Shown here: one piece after another, positions 27,901 through 38,267 of the stretch | Layout: each line of letters opens with the position of its first letter | Position numbering within the stretch: the stretch's first letter is position 1 | Virus record (IMG/VR): IMGVR_UViG_3300028400_000004 | Span: 1-64,000 of that record | Strand: one strand, 5' to 3' | Length of the DNA stretch: 64,000 bases | Source of the DNA: a virus | Position numbers and translations under genes: made by a program | Notes under the pieces: model-generated | What the model was told of the DNA's origin: nothing | Databases searched by the model: none | Seen by the model: the letters and a program-made list of their open reading frames with translations, nothing else

Positions 27901-29095
27901 AAAAGCTACAATTTCTATAATCAATAAGTTGAACAGTAGCTATTATGATCTAAATACCGCTTTAGAAGAAATAACTGCTTATAAGAAGAATAATCCATTT
28001 GATTCTGAATTTGTTAAGGAATTAAAAAATCTTAATGTAGAACTTAATTCTATGGAATTTAATTTAGAACTTATAAATGCCGTACAGGAAAAAATGGGCA
28101 GAAGAAAGTTTGCTAATTTGGATGAGTTCAAAAAATATTTACTAAACGTTCAATCAATGACTAAGTATGCTAAGGATTATGCTGAAGCACTAAGACTAAT
28201 GAATGAGACAAATCGTTATGACAGTGCCTTCAATAATAAACGAGATTTAGAATTATTCTACAAAAATTCATACATAGCGATTAAAAATATAATAAAAACT
28301 AAGGAAGAACAACAACGAGCGCTAAACCAGCTGTATGAATTTTACAGGCAACAGTATAAAATAATTACAGGATATACAATTTTAAGGACTGAATCGGACA
28401 CTACTTATAGAGGTATAATTGATAACTCCAAAAAAGCAAATAGATCAATTGGCGCATCAGCAAAGCAAATGTTAAATGGGATTTCTGATGGGCTTGTTAA
28501 ATTTTATAATGGACTTATTAATCTAAGAAAACATGCTTTGAGAATAAAAACGGCATTGTTAGAAGTGTCTGATGCCTTTAAGTATAATGCGAAAAATATA
28601 ATGAAAGACTTAGCCAGTCTTATCGACAACTGGGTGGATCAGATGTCTGATAGATTGGCAGAATTTGTAGCCAAAGGAAAGGCTGACTTTAGATCATTAT
28701 TGCAAGATATGAACAGACAATTAACATCATTAATACTAAGGCAGGCTATTGTACAACCATTTATGGAAGGTATAAAATCATTAGTGATAAATACCTCGGC
28801 AGCCAATGCAGTACCTACTGTAGATGCTAACCAAATAGGAATAGGACAATCAGTAGATTTATCACAACCTGCCGGCGTTGTTAGTGCAAGATCAAGAACA
28901 AAAACCGCAAGCCCGGTTACTGTTAATGTGATTAACAAGACAAGCCAAGAAGTTACTGCAAATGCTACTGTAGAATATAATGACGCCGGAATGAGTATAA
29001 ATGTTATAGTAGAAGCTGCTGTAGCGGAAATGGCTGCTAATGGCAAGCTAGACAGAATAATGGCACAATATGGCGCTAGACGTAGAGGTGTTTAA
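24902..29095 (+). CDS. tape measure protein
   Basis: 1397 aa helical protein; QLSQAFSKGKLDGEELRSVLEN tape-measure motif. Confidence 0.93.
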   Translation: MTISVGDITYTVNVDISGVLKAQKAIKDFEKSLKSLKQLSNNINIKINLSGYGQAAKNLRELSKLAKDKTINIKVNNADIKNVNDNLKKVRQKSKTSLNIKVNNAAKVKKDLREIDRLLANIKQNKNIQIIAATDVVSRGKSSGNSKTAARDSSEIRKLRQEETIQRLLLQNRKLLQSARQFSGLASQRIKEPLLEARKELLSLNRAFRSGKLDYADYVESVGNVRLELKKASDQLTNYKLNVRETGRLMKQMELMQTRYSSALEKIKTAGISDYKSNFEEKFISAQQILRSKTTPISQKTKAVAELDRELQKVIRDQQRFTQEVKRVKGLAGLFGKLSDAIKSVGAAYAAFLIFSGIEKLIKTTVTLADETKGLRGQLKLLVKNQKELDKTWNDLIKVAIQTRTDLAPTVKLYTKVAAALLNLGYSSEVALKTVKAINTSLVLSGSSAQEAASTVIQLSQAFSKGKLDGEELRSVLENNQVYALALAKALKVAGDNTAVTTRNVLMASRAGKITLDVMVKAGQAINKELGDSLNNIPIRLGQAVSILKTRFMEVISAIQSAVDYTAMLSKVVLGLANNIKIVTVTIVSLIGALGSMGTGALISKVFKYLSKNMFVSSAKGIMKIVKSFKTLRGAFGWIGLALTGVSAAIAVYKNDLISIKGETYTVGEVLQAVWLAIKDVISKVVDRVKTKLKNYIEFFKAYKKLTVEIFRVIKKNLIDFYNSVSKTLNKLSGPFVAFAKVIKHSLITGLAAIKTFREALGKAWEEKSLSAGIEYFKKNINKNIKEAQDQTFITNLLEAFLPDNAAKQVDEKVIKPIGNAIDFIKDKTENVRKMLEKVGWLFSPQGFKESLELANKYFDEFAYKYLKKSKQLSERQAGFGALRFGGEIVPNNVLDDIDRFNSAMDKYVAISMNITKLQKALSTDIGVKFVAFGNEGLMNNYLSALQKAADYTRALSNETLKFYNFYIGKPLGFQAKTTEEFIAKLAEQIVKQKQLNTQTKATISIINKLNSSYYDLNTALEEITAYKKNNPFDSEFVKELKNLNVELNSMEFNLELINAVQEKMGRRKFANLDEFKKYLLNVQSMTKYAKDYAEALRLMNETNRYDSAFNNKRDLELFYKNSYIAIKNIIKTKEEQQRALNQLYEFYRQQYKIITGYTILRTESDTTYRGIIDNSKKANRSIGASAKQMLNGISDGLVKFYNGLINLRKHALRIKTALLEVSDAFKYNAKNIMKDLASLIDNWVDQMSDRLAEFVAKGKADFRSLLQDMNRQLTSLILRQAIVQPFMEGIKSLVINTSAANAVPTVDANQIGIGQSVDLSQPAGVVSARSRTKTASPVTVNVINKTSQEVTANATVEYNDAGMSINVIVEAAVAEMAANGKLDRIMAQYGARRRGV

Positions 29096-29445
29096 TGGCA
29101 ACAATAAACTGGCCTAGTAGTTTACCTAGTCCTTTACTGGAAGGATACAAAAAAGATATTGTGGAGTCTGTATTAAGACAAAACCCCGATAGCGGTCCAC
29201 CAATAGCAAGACGAAGATTTACTTCTAGCGGGGAAACTATTGTATTCAAAATTTTAGTAGATGATGTACAGTTGAATACATTAGAAAATTTTTATTACAA
29301 TACAACGAATTACGGTGTTGAACTGTTTAATTTTACAGACCCATTAACGAACACAAATAAAGAGTGCCAATTTATGGCGCCACCATCTTATGAAGTAGTC
29401 AGTCAAAATCAAATAAAAGCGACCATACAGGTAAGAGCACGATGA
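29095..29445 (+). CDS. distal tail protein (gpM/Dit-like)
   Basis: WPSSLP, RRRFT, FYYNT...FNFTDP; position. Confidence 0.75.
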   Translation: MATINWPSSLPSPLLEGYKKDIVESVLRQNPDSGPPIARRRFTSSGETIVFKILVDDVQLNTLENFYYNTTNYGVELFNFTDPLTNTNKECQFMAPPSYEVVSQNQIKATIQVRAR

Positions 29446-29939
29446 CTAGGGTTATAGACTCTAATAGACTTGCAGATTTATTATCTAGTACGCCTGATGA
29501 TATTATATTGCAAACCGTTACATATAGCGATACTAATGGCAACTTATACAGATTCGTAAGTAATCTAGAAGATATTACGGTAGGAGCAGACACCTATAAA
29601 GCATTACCATTTCAAATTACGTTACCAAAAGAAAGTTATAATAATTATGTAAACAAAGCATCATTATCTTTTGATAATATATCTCAAGATTTGACTACTT
29701 ATTTACGGCAAAACGCTAGGGGAGCTTCTATAGATTTAGGATTAGTGGCAAAAGATACCAATGGTAACTTTTCATTTATATATGGTCCCGTAAGATTTGA
29801 TGTATTAAGTGTTTCATATAGGTTGGGATTACTGGCGATTGAATTAGGCTTTAGAACTATTAACATAAACTCTGCATTTATTCGCCATAAATTAGATACT
29901 ACTATTGCACCCGGTATATGGCTAGATAACAAACTATGA
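29442..29939 (+). CDS. tail tip protein (gpL/DUF1833-like)
   Basis: YRFVSN, YKALPFQITLP, LSFDNI, APGIW. Confidence 0.72.
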   Translation: MTRVIDSNRLADLLSSTPDDIILQTVTYSDTNGNLYRFVSNLEDITVGADTYKALPFQITLPKESYNNYVNKASLSFDNISQDLTTYLRQNARGASIDLGLVAKDTNGNFSFIYGPVRFDVLSVSYRLGLLAIELGFRTININSAFIRHKLDTTIAPGIWLDNKL

Positions 29940-30292
29940 TGACAAAAGAAGAATGGCTACAACAAGCATTATATACACCATATATCCATAACAAAGAACA
30001 ATTAAGGATAGGCTTTGACTGCTTTGGATTAATAAAAAATTATTACAAGAATGTTCTTGGAATTAAATTAAATAATGATTTATTGAAAATGAAAAATATG
30101 TTTATAAAAAAGTTTGCCCCAAAAAACAATGGAGATATACTAATACTACATGGAAAACCAACACATGCAGTATTATATTGGGGTGAAGGACTATGTTTAC
30201 ACATAACAAGTAGTACTATTTATCCTGTATTTGAAAGACTGACAAATCCAGAAATAAAAAATTACAGAGCAGTATATGCGAAAAAACACTAA
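29936..30292 (+). CDS. NlpC/P60-family tail protein (gpK-like)
   Basis: GFDCFGLI...THAVLY...CLH. Confidence 0.78.
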   Translation: MMTKEEWLQQALYTPYIHNKEQLRIGFDCFGLIKNYYKNVLGIKLNNDLLKMKNMFIKKFAPKNNGDILILHGKPTHAVLYWGEGLCLHITSSTIYPVFERLTNPEIKNYRAVYAKKH

Positions 30293-33200
30293 AGTTTTAA
30301 TTTATAATAATCCACTAGAAAAGGTTACAGACACAGTCATATACTGCAAGCCTGGATTTTGTATTAATGATCTTAATATAAATAAAGATAATTATATTTT
30401 CTATGTTAATGGGAAGCCTTGTGACTTTGACTACAAATTGAAAGCTGAAGACATTTTATCAATTTATGTATTACCTAAAGATACAAATAATACTTATGTA
30501 AGGCAAGGTATTAAATTAGCTGCTGTATTGGCCGTTGCATCTTTAACCCAAAATTGGGTCGCCGGATGGAAAATGGCCGCATTATTATCAACCAATTTAA
30601 TAGCAAATTATTTACTGCCAGATTTGCCATTAGATGAAACAACACCGGAAGAGTTACTTAGTGGAACACTAACAGAGCCAAAAGAAGGTCTTAGGATTCC
30701 AAAAATATTTGGAAATGTTCATTTCACACCGCCAATGGCTGCACGTCCTCATTTGAACCCTGGATCAGGAAATGACGCTAGTATTGTATACTGCGTAGCT
30801 TTAGGATATGGGCCACTAGACTTAGTAGGAACATCCACTAGCCTGCAGCTTAGTGGTACTAGAACGACTCCACATACTATAAACGATATACCGGATGGAT
30901 CAATTACACTGGGTGGTACAGATATAAAGCAAGCTAAAGGTGTGGAAATAGAAATAGGTGATCCAAACACTTTTTCTATCTATGATGAATTAGTATATGA
31001 CCAAGTAGTCAATTTTTCATATACAAGAACGAACGGTGTTGAAGATAATTGGACACCGGATAATGTAGAGCATATACAAACTATGGGGGTAGCTGGTAAA
31101 AATATCACTATAAATATACACTTTCCTAGTGGATTATACACAAAAGGCGGAGATAATAAAGTAAATAAGCGGTTCCAAGATATAGTTGAGTTTCAAATTC
31201 AATATAAAAAATCAACAGACACTACTTGGACTTCATTTAACTTACCCTCTAAATTTTTAGATTATAGTTATCCAGACTCAACAAAAGGATGGATATATGG
31301 AGGAAAAACAAAACCATTTTGGGTTAAAATAAATTTAGAATTACCTACAGAAGATATTTATGACATAAAATTAGTAAGAATAAGAACTCACACAGGAGAT
31401 AGTGAAGTAGTACGCGCTACATTCGTATGGGAAACCTTGGTAATAACTAAGTCCGGACAACCAATAAAACAATTATATTCCCCTAAAGTTGATAGTGGTG
31501 AAGAACCAATATGGATGGCTATCAAAGTAAAAGGAAAAGATAGAATAAAATCAGCTTATGATCTAAAGGTTAATCTAGGCGGTTACTGCTTTAATGGAGC
31601 AACAAAAGTAAGAACCCAATCTCCTGCCTTAGCAGCTTTAGAAATATTAACAACGTCTGTCAATAAGAATAGAGTTGACCCTTCAAAAATAGACATAAAT
31701 AGTTTTACTTCCTGGGATAGTTGGTGCTCGTCAGTAGGATATACATTTAATACTGCATATTATAAAGACGAAACACTAAAGTCTGTATTGGATGACGCCA
31801 GCCGTGCTGGATTAGGGCGGGTAATCATTACTGACCAAGGATTCAGGGCTGTATATGATGCGGGTGCTGCAAATGCTACGCCAACCCAAATATTCACACC
31901 TCGTAATTCTTGGAACTTTTCTGCTACACAATCAGCAGATAAAATTCCTGATGCCGTAAAATTAATGTATCTAAATGAGGATACTGCAACCCAAGATTCT
32001 GTCATTGTTTATAATACTGGATATGACGAGAGTACAGCTTTTGATATAACCGATTATAGTTTTAGAGGTATTACTACCCATGATCATGCCGCTAGTATTG
32101 CTTCATTTTTATTAAATACCGCCAATTTACGACCTACTACATATAAATTTATAACCACAATTGAAGCGTTACGCAGTATTGTTGGTGACAAAGTTAAATT
32201 ACAACATGATAGCATTGCAGTAGGATATGGATCGGGTCGTGTAATAGAAACAACCACATCAGCAGGAAATATTACTGCTGTTAGACTGGATGAACGCATT
32301 GTATTAGGGGGCGCCACTTCTGGAGACAATTCTATTCTATTTAGAGCTAGTGACGGCGTAGTTTATATTTCCCAAATACAAGAATTTAATGTAGAAACAG
32401 ATACTTTTACATTATCTAATCCTATAAGTGATACTGTTAACTTATTAGATGCTATAGCTACTGTAGGAAAAACATCGCAAGAAACTATAGATTTAGTTAT
32501 AAGCGATATTGAATATTCTAACGACTTTTCAGCTACAATTACTGGATTTGATGCTGCACCTGAAGTACATAATCATACAGGCAGAATACCACCTTATACA
32601 CCGCCAGCATATTTACCTCCAAATATAGAACAACTAACTCCACCAACGCCAAGTATTGTTAGTGCCTTTGCTTCAATAGAAGATAGTGACGTATTGCCGG
32701 ATGGAACACCTTTAGCAGAGCTAAAAGCATTATTCAAGTCAGCAGACAATTCTGTACCTGTTGAAAAAATAGAAGTACAGGTTTGGGCAGATTCTTCTGT
32801 AGATAGCCAAGCACAACCTATTACTTATGTAATTGATCCATGGGAAGGTTTAAGTGTAAAAGTAAACTTCGATGATAATATTTATTTAAGGGCTAGAAGC
32901 GTAAGTCCGTACGGTAAAACTTCTGATTGGACGGATTTACAAACAATTACCCCTACATGGACATGGCCGCCAGGTGCTGTTACTAATTTACAAATTGAAA
33001 ATTTTGATGACAAAATAAAACTATCATGGGATAAGCACGAAAGACCTTCTGTAAAAGAATATGAAATAAGACGTGGAACATCTTGGTCAACTGCTACAGT
33101 TTTAGGCAGAACTACAGATACATTTTTTATTGATTATGCACAAGGTGTAGGAAATACTACTTATTTGGTCGCACCTATTGATAGTACAACGAATGAAGTC

Positions 33201-36200
33201 GGTGCGGTTGCTTCCGCTATTTTAACTGTTACTAATCCTATTGTGTCTGGATTAACAGCTACAATAATACAAAATAGGGTTAAATTATCATGGGGAACTT
33301 CACCCGGCACATGGCCTATTGATAGACACGAAATAGTTATAGATGGAGATGAAGCGAACAAAATAAAAATAAATGGCAATAATAATGCCTATTGGCTAAA
33401 TGACTTATCATTAGGAACACATACTGTTATTGTTAGGGTTGTATCCATTGTTGGCGCATCCCATGAGCAATCAACAACTTTTGACATTATAGACCGGCCT
33501 GTAGGTACAGTAGATGATAGTGGTGTCTTTGTTAGAAATTGGGAAACAGATGCACAAATAAATGAATTACAAAGTACTACTTATACCTTATTAGCAAAAA
33601 GCAATTTAGGTCGTAATGGCGGTAATTGTTTAGATATTACTCCAGATAGTTCAGGCAAACATTCACATTATACATCCACATGGGCAACTTCTTTATTACC
33701 TGATAAAGTACAAACTGCGTTATTAGCAAAACGAGTAAGGTTTCAATCTTACATAAAATCAAAAGATGGAACAACCCCTCCGAGTGCTGGAAATATTATT
33801 TACTGGGATGCTAATTTTAATGATGACATAATGACAACGGGGAATCAAGAACATAGTGGTAATGGTTACCCATTTTTTAGTGAAATTATTTATGATGCCA
33901 CCGATCCAGATAATTATATTGTTAGACCCGGAGATGTTTTAAGAGTACAAGCAGAATTAAAGGTTGACAGTGTTGCTCAAGCTGCTGGAGTGAATTCTCG
34001 TCTATTTGTATATATTGTAGGGAAAAATAAAAATGATAATACAACACTATGGTTAGATTCAGTAAGCATTTCTTCCAATTCTACTACTTATCAATTATTA
34101 GATACAGAATTTGTAATAGCTAATGATGTAGCGATAAATGATTATACAATATATAAAGTAGGTATAGATGTTTATCACTTTCCTTCATCAATAACTGATG
34201 GAATAGCCTATGCTAGAAACATAAAAGCCACAATACATGGAAAAGCATTTTCAATATCAACACAAAATTCAGTTATAACAGACGATTGGATTAATATAGG
34301 TGCTATAGTTAAAATTCCTTCATATGCAACAAATATCCGATATGGTGTAGCTCCTTCGCATGATCGCGCAGATGGAAATGGATGTTTATTGGATGACTTT
34401 TCCATATTCCCAGTACCTGACAAAATAGATTCAAATAATATTGAACAATGGATTTCAAAGGCTGCAATTGGCGATGCGTACATTAATAGTTTAATTGCAG
34501 ATAAGATTAAAAGCGGAACAATATCATCAGAAGTTATTTATGTAGGCGATCAATCTATACAAATAGATGGGGCAAATAATTGGATTTTAATAAAAGACAA
34601 ACAGGGGACTCCTAAAAGCAGGGTAGTATTAGGTAAAACGGGACCTAATGCTACCGATTATGGTATTACAATATATGATGAAAATGGTAATGTATTATTA
34701 GGAACAAACAGATCTTTTGATAGTAGTTTAGTTGATGCTTTAAGTACGCAAAATGCACCGAAAGAAGCCGGAGCCACCGCTACTGACCCAGCAAACATGG
34801 TCCGCAACGGCTCTCTGATAGCAGACAATGACAACTTCTCGACTTGGGGCTATGATTCTGACGACGGCGATCAGACGAAAGGCTGCGTGTACCAGGTCGG
34901 GAAATACTGGAAATATTCGGATCAGTACATCCCCGTTGATCTCAACAAGGCTTATGAGCTTTCTGCCAGCTTCCGCACCTTGCTTCCTAACACAACGCTG
35001 TATGCGGGTTTTTCGTGCTACGACAAGAACAAGAAAAACATTTTGTTCCGGCATTGTTGGCGTTACGCCGGGCGCGACACGACCCTATATGCAGCCGCGA
35101 ATGTAGGCGACACGGCGGTTCAGATTGTGCCGCCGCCTACCGCGTGGGACGCGCCTGGAAATTCATACATTGTTTTCGCAGTACAACCCGACTATTCGGA
35201 CCTGCCAAATTTCAACGACTACAAGATCACAAACATAGACACGTCCACGGAAGCAAGCGGGTATTGGATCATCACGTTGGATACCGCGCTGACCGACAGC
35301 TACGCGGCCGGGACCAGTGTCGGCAACGTGCGCGGCGGCAATACATGGCAGTATGCTCTACTTGCGAATCAAGTCGTCGGCACTTCATGGGTCCGTAAGC
35401 AGGCCAAAATAGCAGGCGTCAATGATCCTACCTCGCCGGCAGGATATACGCAGTTTCGCCGTGGGACAGCGTACATCAAGTTCATGGTGTACACGAATGT
35501 AAACCAAACCGACACAACGAAAGTCGATGACGTGCTGCTCTTACCCTTGCCAGACGAGCAAAATCTGGATGCGCTGAATCTGTCAAACGCGCCGCGCGAG
35601 GCCGGAGCAGACAACACCGGCAACCGCATCTACGGCACCGGCGGACTGCTGCCGAATTGGAATCTTGACATCATCGATGGCGAAGGCAAGCCCGCTGGTA
35701 TTCAGCCTGTTGAAGGCGTCTCGGACCGAAACGGCATCGCCGCGACGGCGGACGGGCTGAAGATTCAGCACCCGTCGGATTGGAATGTTGCTTATGGCTT
35801 CCCGGCAATACCGATTGATGACAAGCAGCGATACCGCGTTGTCATCACGCACCGGAGCGGGCAGTCCACGACGACGGGGCTGTATTTGAGGTTCAACGAG
35901 CTCAACACGGCGTTGCCGCAGGGGCAGACTCACGTAACCGCCCGCACGAGCTTCAAAGACCTACTCGCCAATGGCCCGATGCCCGGCCCCGCCTGGGTCA
36001 CAGATGAGTATAACTACACCCCAACACTGGGGACGAAATTCGCTTCGTTCTCAATGTATCACTGGGGCAACGCCGTCTCGTTTGAGTACGAAATCGATCG
36101 CGTGCAAATCATCCCGATAGCAAAGACGGCAAGTGACATTGACTACAGCGATGGCACGAACGTTGATTCGTTGAAACCGAAAGAGCCGAACGCGGATACG

Positions 36201-37127
36201 ACAAAAGGCGCCATCGAATCCGTAGTCACCATCAACGACCAGGGGGCGATCCAAAATGCTTCATGGGACACCGGAACGAAGAAAATCAAGATCGACTTCG
36301 CTAATCAGCGGATTGCTATTGGCGATGATGTTTACAGAAGTAGTATTCCTCACGTCCTGCAAGAATACAACGGTGGTCAACCAAGGTTTGAAGTTTCAAA
36401 TGGAGATCAATCTTACATAAGATTCGATTCAATTAATAATTTATTAGAAATAGGTCCAGAAATAAAAACAAAAGGACTATATGGGTATTTTAATAAAAAT
36501 CCTGTATATAGATCGTTATTAATAGACACAATAGCTTCCTATGTAATTTCATCTATTACCAAAGACTACGGTAAAGGTGGACTAATAATCAATCCTTATG
36601 GATTCTTATATAGGTTTATGCCTTTCAATAAAAATGGAGATTTTTCTACATACAATATCAGGCGCTATTATTTTACTATAGATACGGATTCAAACATTAA
36701 TTACAATTTAAATTTTTATTTTGGAAGGAACACAGATGATAGCAGTTACGTTTTTCCAACAAATCCTTATATAGATATAAAAATAAGTTTAAGTTATAAT
36801 AATATATCTATAAGTTTTTTTACTGAAAACGGGGAAACTATAAGAAGTACATCTACATCCTTTGGTAGTGGTAATGATAATATTGAAATAGTTATATATT
36901 CTTACTTATCAACATCAGGATTAATAACAGAATACACAACTACCGTCGATATATATGCTTACGGATTGAAAATCTTTGGAGGAAGTATTGCAACCTCGTA
37001 TAGTCCACTACTTCCAGAATTTTTTATGATAAAAAGTACAGATTCAACTTATAACATAATTTTATATGAGTTTAATTACACAGAATACTATAAAGATATG
37101 CCTACTGATTACATAGTATTGATATAA
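30276..37127 (+). CDS. central tail fibre / host-specificity protein (gpI+gpJ-like) with FnIII-like and carbohydrate-binding-like modules
   Basis: 2283 aa; IPKIFG, IFTPRNSW, YLRARSV, KLSWD...YEIRRG, AAIGDAYINSLIADKIKSGTI. Confidence 0.9.
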   Translation: MRKNTKVLIYNNPLEKVTDTVIYCKPGFCINDLNINKDNYIFYVNGKPCDFDYKLKAEDILSIYVLPKDTNNTYVRQGIKLAAVLAVASLTQNWVAGWKMAALLSTNLIANYLLPDLPLDETTPEELLSGTLTEPKEGLRIPKIFGNVHFTPPMAARPHLNPGSGNDASIVYCVALGYGPLDLVGTSTSLQLSGTRTTPHTINDIPDGSITLGGTDIKQAKGVEIEIGDPNTFSIYDELVYDQVVNFSYTRTNGVEDNWTPDNVEHIQTMGVAGKNITINIHFPSGLYTKGGDNKVNKRFQDIVEFQIQYKKSTDTTWTSFNLPSKFLDYSYPDSTKGWIYGGKTKPFWVKINLELPTEDIYDIKLVRIRTHTGDSEVVRATFVWETLVITKSGQPIKQLYSPKVDSGEEPIWMAIKVKGKDRIKSAYDLKVNLGGYCFNGATKVRTQSPALAALEILTTSVNKNRVDPSKIDINSFTSWDSWCSSVGYTFNTAYYKDETLKSVLDDASRAGLGRVIITDQGFRAVYDAGAANATPTQIFTPRNSWNFSATQSADKIPDAVKLMYLNEDTATQDSVIVYNTGYDESTAFDITDYSFRGITTHDHAASIASFLLNTANLRPTTYKFITTIEALRSIVGDKVKLQHDSIAVGYGSGRVIETTTSAGNITAVRLDERIVLGGATSGDNSILFRASDGVVYISQIQEFNVETDTFTLSNPISDTVNLLDAIATVGKTSQETIDLVISDIEYSNDFSATITGFDAAPEVHNHTGRIPPYTPPAYLPPNIEQLTPPTPSIVSAFASIEDSDVLPDGTPLAELKALFKSADNSVPVEKIEVQVWADSSVDSQAQPITYVIDPWEGLSVKVNFDDNIYLRARSVSPYGKTSDWTDLQTITPTWTWPPGAVTNLQIENFDDKIKLSWDKHERPSVKEYEIRRGTSWSTATVLGRTTDTFFIDYAQGVGNTTYLVAPIDSTTNEVGAVASAILTVTNPIVSGLTATIIQNRVKLSWGTSPGTWPIDRHEIVIDGDEANKIKINGNNNAYWLNDLSLGTHTVIVRVVSIVGASHEQSTTFDIIDRPVGTVDDSGVFVRNWETDAQINELQSTTYTLLAKSNLGRNGGNCLDITPDSSGKHSHYTSTWATSLLPDKVQTALLAKRVRFQSYIKSKDGTTPPSAGNIIYWDANFNDDIMTTGNQEHSGNGYPFFSEIIYDATDPDNYIVRPGDVLRVQAELKVDSVAQAAGVNSRLFVYIVGKNKNDNTTLWLDSVSISSNSTTYQLLDTEFVIANDVAINDYTIYKVGIDVYHFPSSITDGIAYARNIKATIHGKAFSISTQNSVITDDWINIGAIVKIPSYATNIRYGVAPSHDRADGNGCLLDDFSIFPVPDKIDSNNIEQWISKAAIGDAYINSLIADKIKSGTISSEVIYVGDQSIQIDGANNWILIKDKQGTPKSRVVLGKTGPNATDYGITIYDENGNVLLGTNRSFDSSLVDALSTQNAPKEAGATATDPANMVRNGSLIADNDNFSTWGYDSDDGDQTKGCVYQVGKYWKYSDQYIPVDLNKAYELSASFRTLLPNTTLYAGFSCYDKNKKNILFRHCWRYAGRDTTLYAAANVGDTAVQIVPPPTAWDAPGNSYIVFAVQPDYSDLPNFNDYKITNIDTSTEASGYWIITLDTALTDSYAAGTSVGNVRGGNTWQYALLANQVVGTSWVRKQAKIAGVNDPTSPAGYTQFRRGTAYIKFMVYTNVNQTDTTKVDDVLLLPLPDEQNLDALNLSNAPREAGADNTGNRIYGTGGLLPNWNLDIIDGEGKPAGIQPVEGVSDRNGIAATADGLKIQHPSDWNVAYGFPAIPIDDKQRYRVVITHRSGQSTTTGLYLRFNELNTALPQGQTHVTARTSFKDLLANGPMPGPAWVTDEYNYTPTLGTKFASFSMYHWGNAVSFEYEIDRVQIIPIAKTASDIDYSDGTNVDSLKPKEPNADTTKGAIESVVTINDQGAIQNASWDTGTKKIKIDFANQRIAIGDDVYRSSIPHVLQEYNGGQPRFEVSNGDQSYIRFDSINNLLEIGPEIKTKGLYGYFNKNPVYRSLLIDTIASYVISSITKDYGKGGLIINPYGFLYRFMPFNKNGDFSTYNIRRYYFTIDTDSNINYNLNFYFGRNTDDSSYVFPTNPYIDIKISLSYNNISISFFTENGETIRSTSTSFGSGNDNIEIVIYSYLSTSGLITEYTTTVDIYAYGLKIFGGSIATSYSPLLPEFFMIKSTDSTYNIILYEFNYTEYYKDMPTDYIVLI

Positions 37128-37157
37128 AGATAAAGTTATAACTATGAATATATTTTA

Positions 37158-37382
37158 TCACAAAAATAAACGAATACCACAATCAGGGTAGTCAGCGCTC
37201 TCTGCCAACAACTCTATCGTAAAAAGTTCGCGTTCTTTTTTAAATCCAATTTTATTTTTATCAAGAAAACTTCTTAATTTGTTATATGCTTCTGTAGGAT
37301 CATTAGCAACTACATAAGCAACTCCATTAATATTAGATTGTCTCATTCCACGACATTTTACTAAACATAGTTTATTGCTCAT
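37158..37382 (-). CDS. hypothetical protein
   Basis: 74 aa, operon packing. Confidence 0.6.
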   Translation of the reverse strand: MSNKLCLVKCRGMRQSNINGVAYVVANDPTEAYNKLRSFLDKNKIGFKKERELFTIELLAESADYPDCGIRLFL

Positions 37383-37698
37383 TTTTCAAACCCTCTTTAT
37401 ACAAAGAATATTTATACCCATAACCCAGTAAAGCAAAAAATTCATCTACATTTATTTCGTTATACCAATCCTTCCATCTGCTAATATATATCTTAGGATT
37501 TTGGTTTGTTACAATATCCATCAAATGTAATAAAACATTTTCATCTAATTTTTCATTACTGAATGAAATTAGCCTTTGTAATTCTTCTAATTGCTCACCG
37601 TTTTCATCAAAAAATAATGCGTTTCTATTAGTGAATATCCAAATACTTTGTATTTTTACATTTTTCATCACAAAATCTCCATATAATTGTAAAGCCAA
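37372..37698 (-). CDS. hypothetical protein
   Basis: 108 aa ORF, overlaps the next gene. Confidence 0.6.
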   Translation of the reverse strand: MALQLYGDFVMKNVKIQSIWIFTNRNALFFDENGEQLEELQRLISFSNEKLDENVLLHLMDIVTNQNPKIYISRWKDWYNEINVDEFFALLGYGYKYSLYKEGLKNEQ

Positions 37699-37719
37699 AC
37701 AAACCCATATCGCTTATTG

Positions 37720-38082
37720 TTATGTATGGTACTGTTTTAATGTAACCTCCGCCGCAGTTAATTTTGCTTTTGCTTCTTCTAATCGACGTTCACAATGTTT
37801 AGTATAACACTTCATTCTAGCAACAAGACTCTCAACAGCCTCCTTTTCAGTAGGCCACGCAAATCGCTTTTTCGCATCATTTCTAATAAAATGCATAGGG
37901 CAGTAAGGCCCTCTAGCTACCCAATAACCTTTTTTTGTGTATTTAACAGCATAATATTTTGTTATTTGCACAGAAACTCTATATCCAGAAACGTTCCCAT
38001 ACTCATCCAATGTACCAAATAAATAAGATTCGGCTCTATATAATATTTTAGCATTTTTTGGGATGTAGTCTTTGAAAATCAT
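37720..38082 (-). CDS. phage hypothetical protein
   Basis: VKYTKKGYWV...KKRFAWPTEKEA motif. Confidence 0.7.
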   Translation of the reverse strand: MIFKDYIPKNAKILYRAESYLFGTLDEYGNVSGYRVSVQITKYYAVKYTKKGYWVARGPYCPMHFIRNDAKKRFAWPTEKEAVESLVARMKCYTKHCERRLEEAKAKLTAAEVTLKQYHT

Positions 38083-38109
38083 TTTTTAGTCAAACAATTT
38101 GTAAATATA

Positions 38110-38260
38110 GGCGGCGATCCACAGACTGGTCGGTCGCTACTCCGGCTACGTAGTACAGTTGGCCGACTGTACAAGGAGCATCGAGCTTCGCCTTGCTCAA
38201 GGACTACACACCCTAGCGTGTCTGCGATTTTCCACGCCGCAGCCAGCTTCACGCCATTAC
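38110..38260 (-). ncRNA. tRNA-like structured ncRNA (non-canonical)
   Basis: GC-rich island behind a consensus promoter; acceptor-like, D-like and T-like stems plus two extra hairpins. Confidence 0.6.
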
Positions 38261-38267
38261 ACTAACT

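Noticed and set aside
30276-37127. Diversity-generating retroelement target
   Set aside because: No reverse transcriptase and no TR/VR pair seen
17040-37127. Minus-strand ORFs inside structural genes (e.g. 20137-20445, 28639-29046, 34740-36254)
   Set aside because: Antisense shadows of long coding frames
38110-38260. Canonical tRNA gene
   Set aside because: No TTC T-loop, no 7-nt anticodon loop, no CCA; kept only as a tRNA-like candidate
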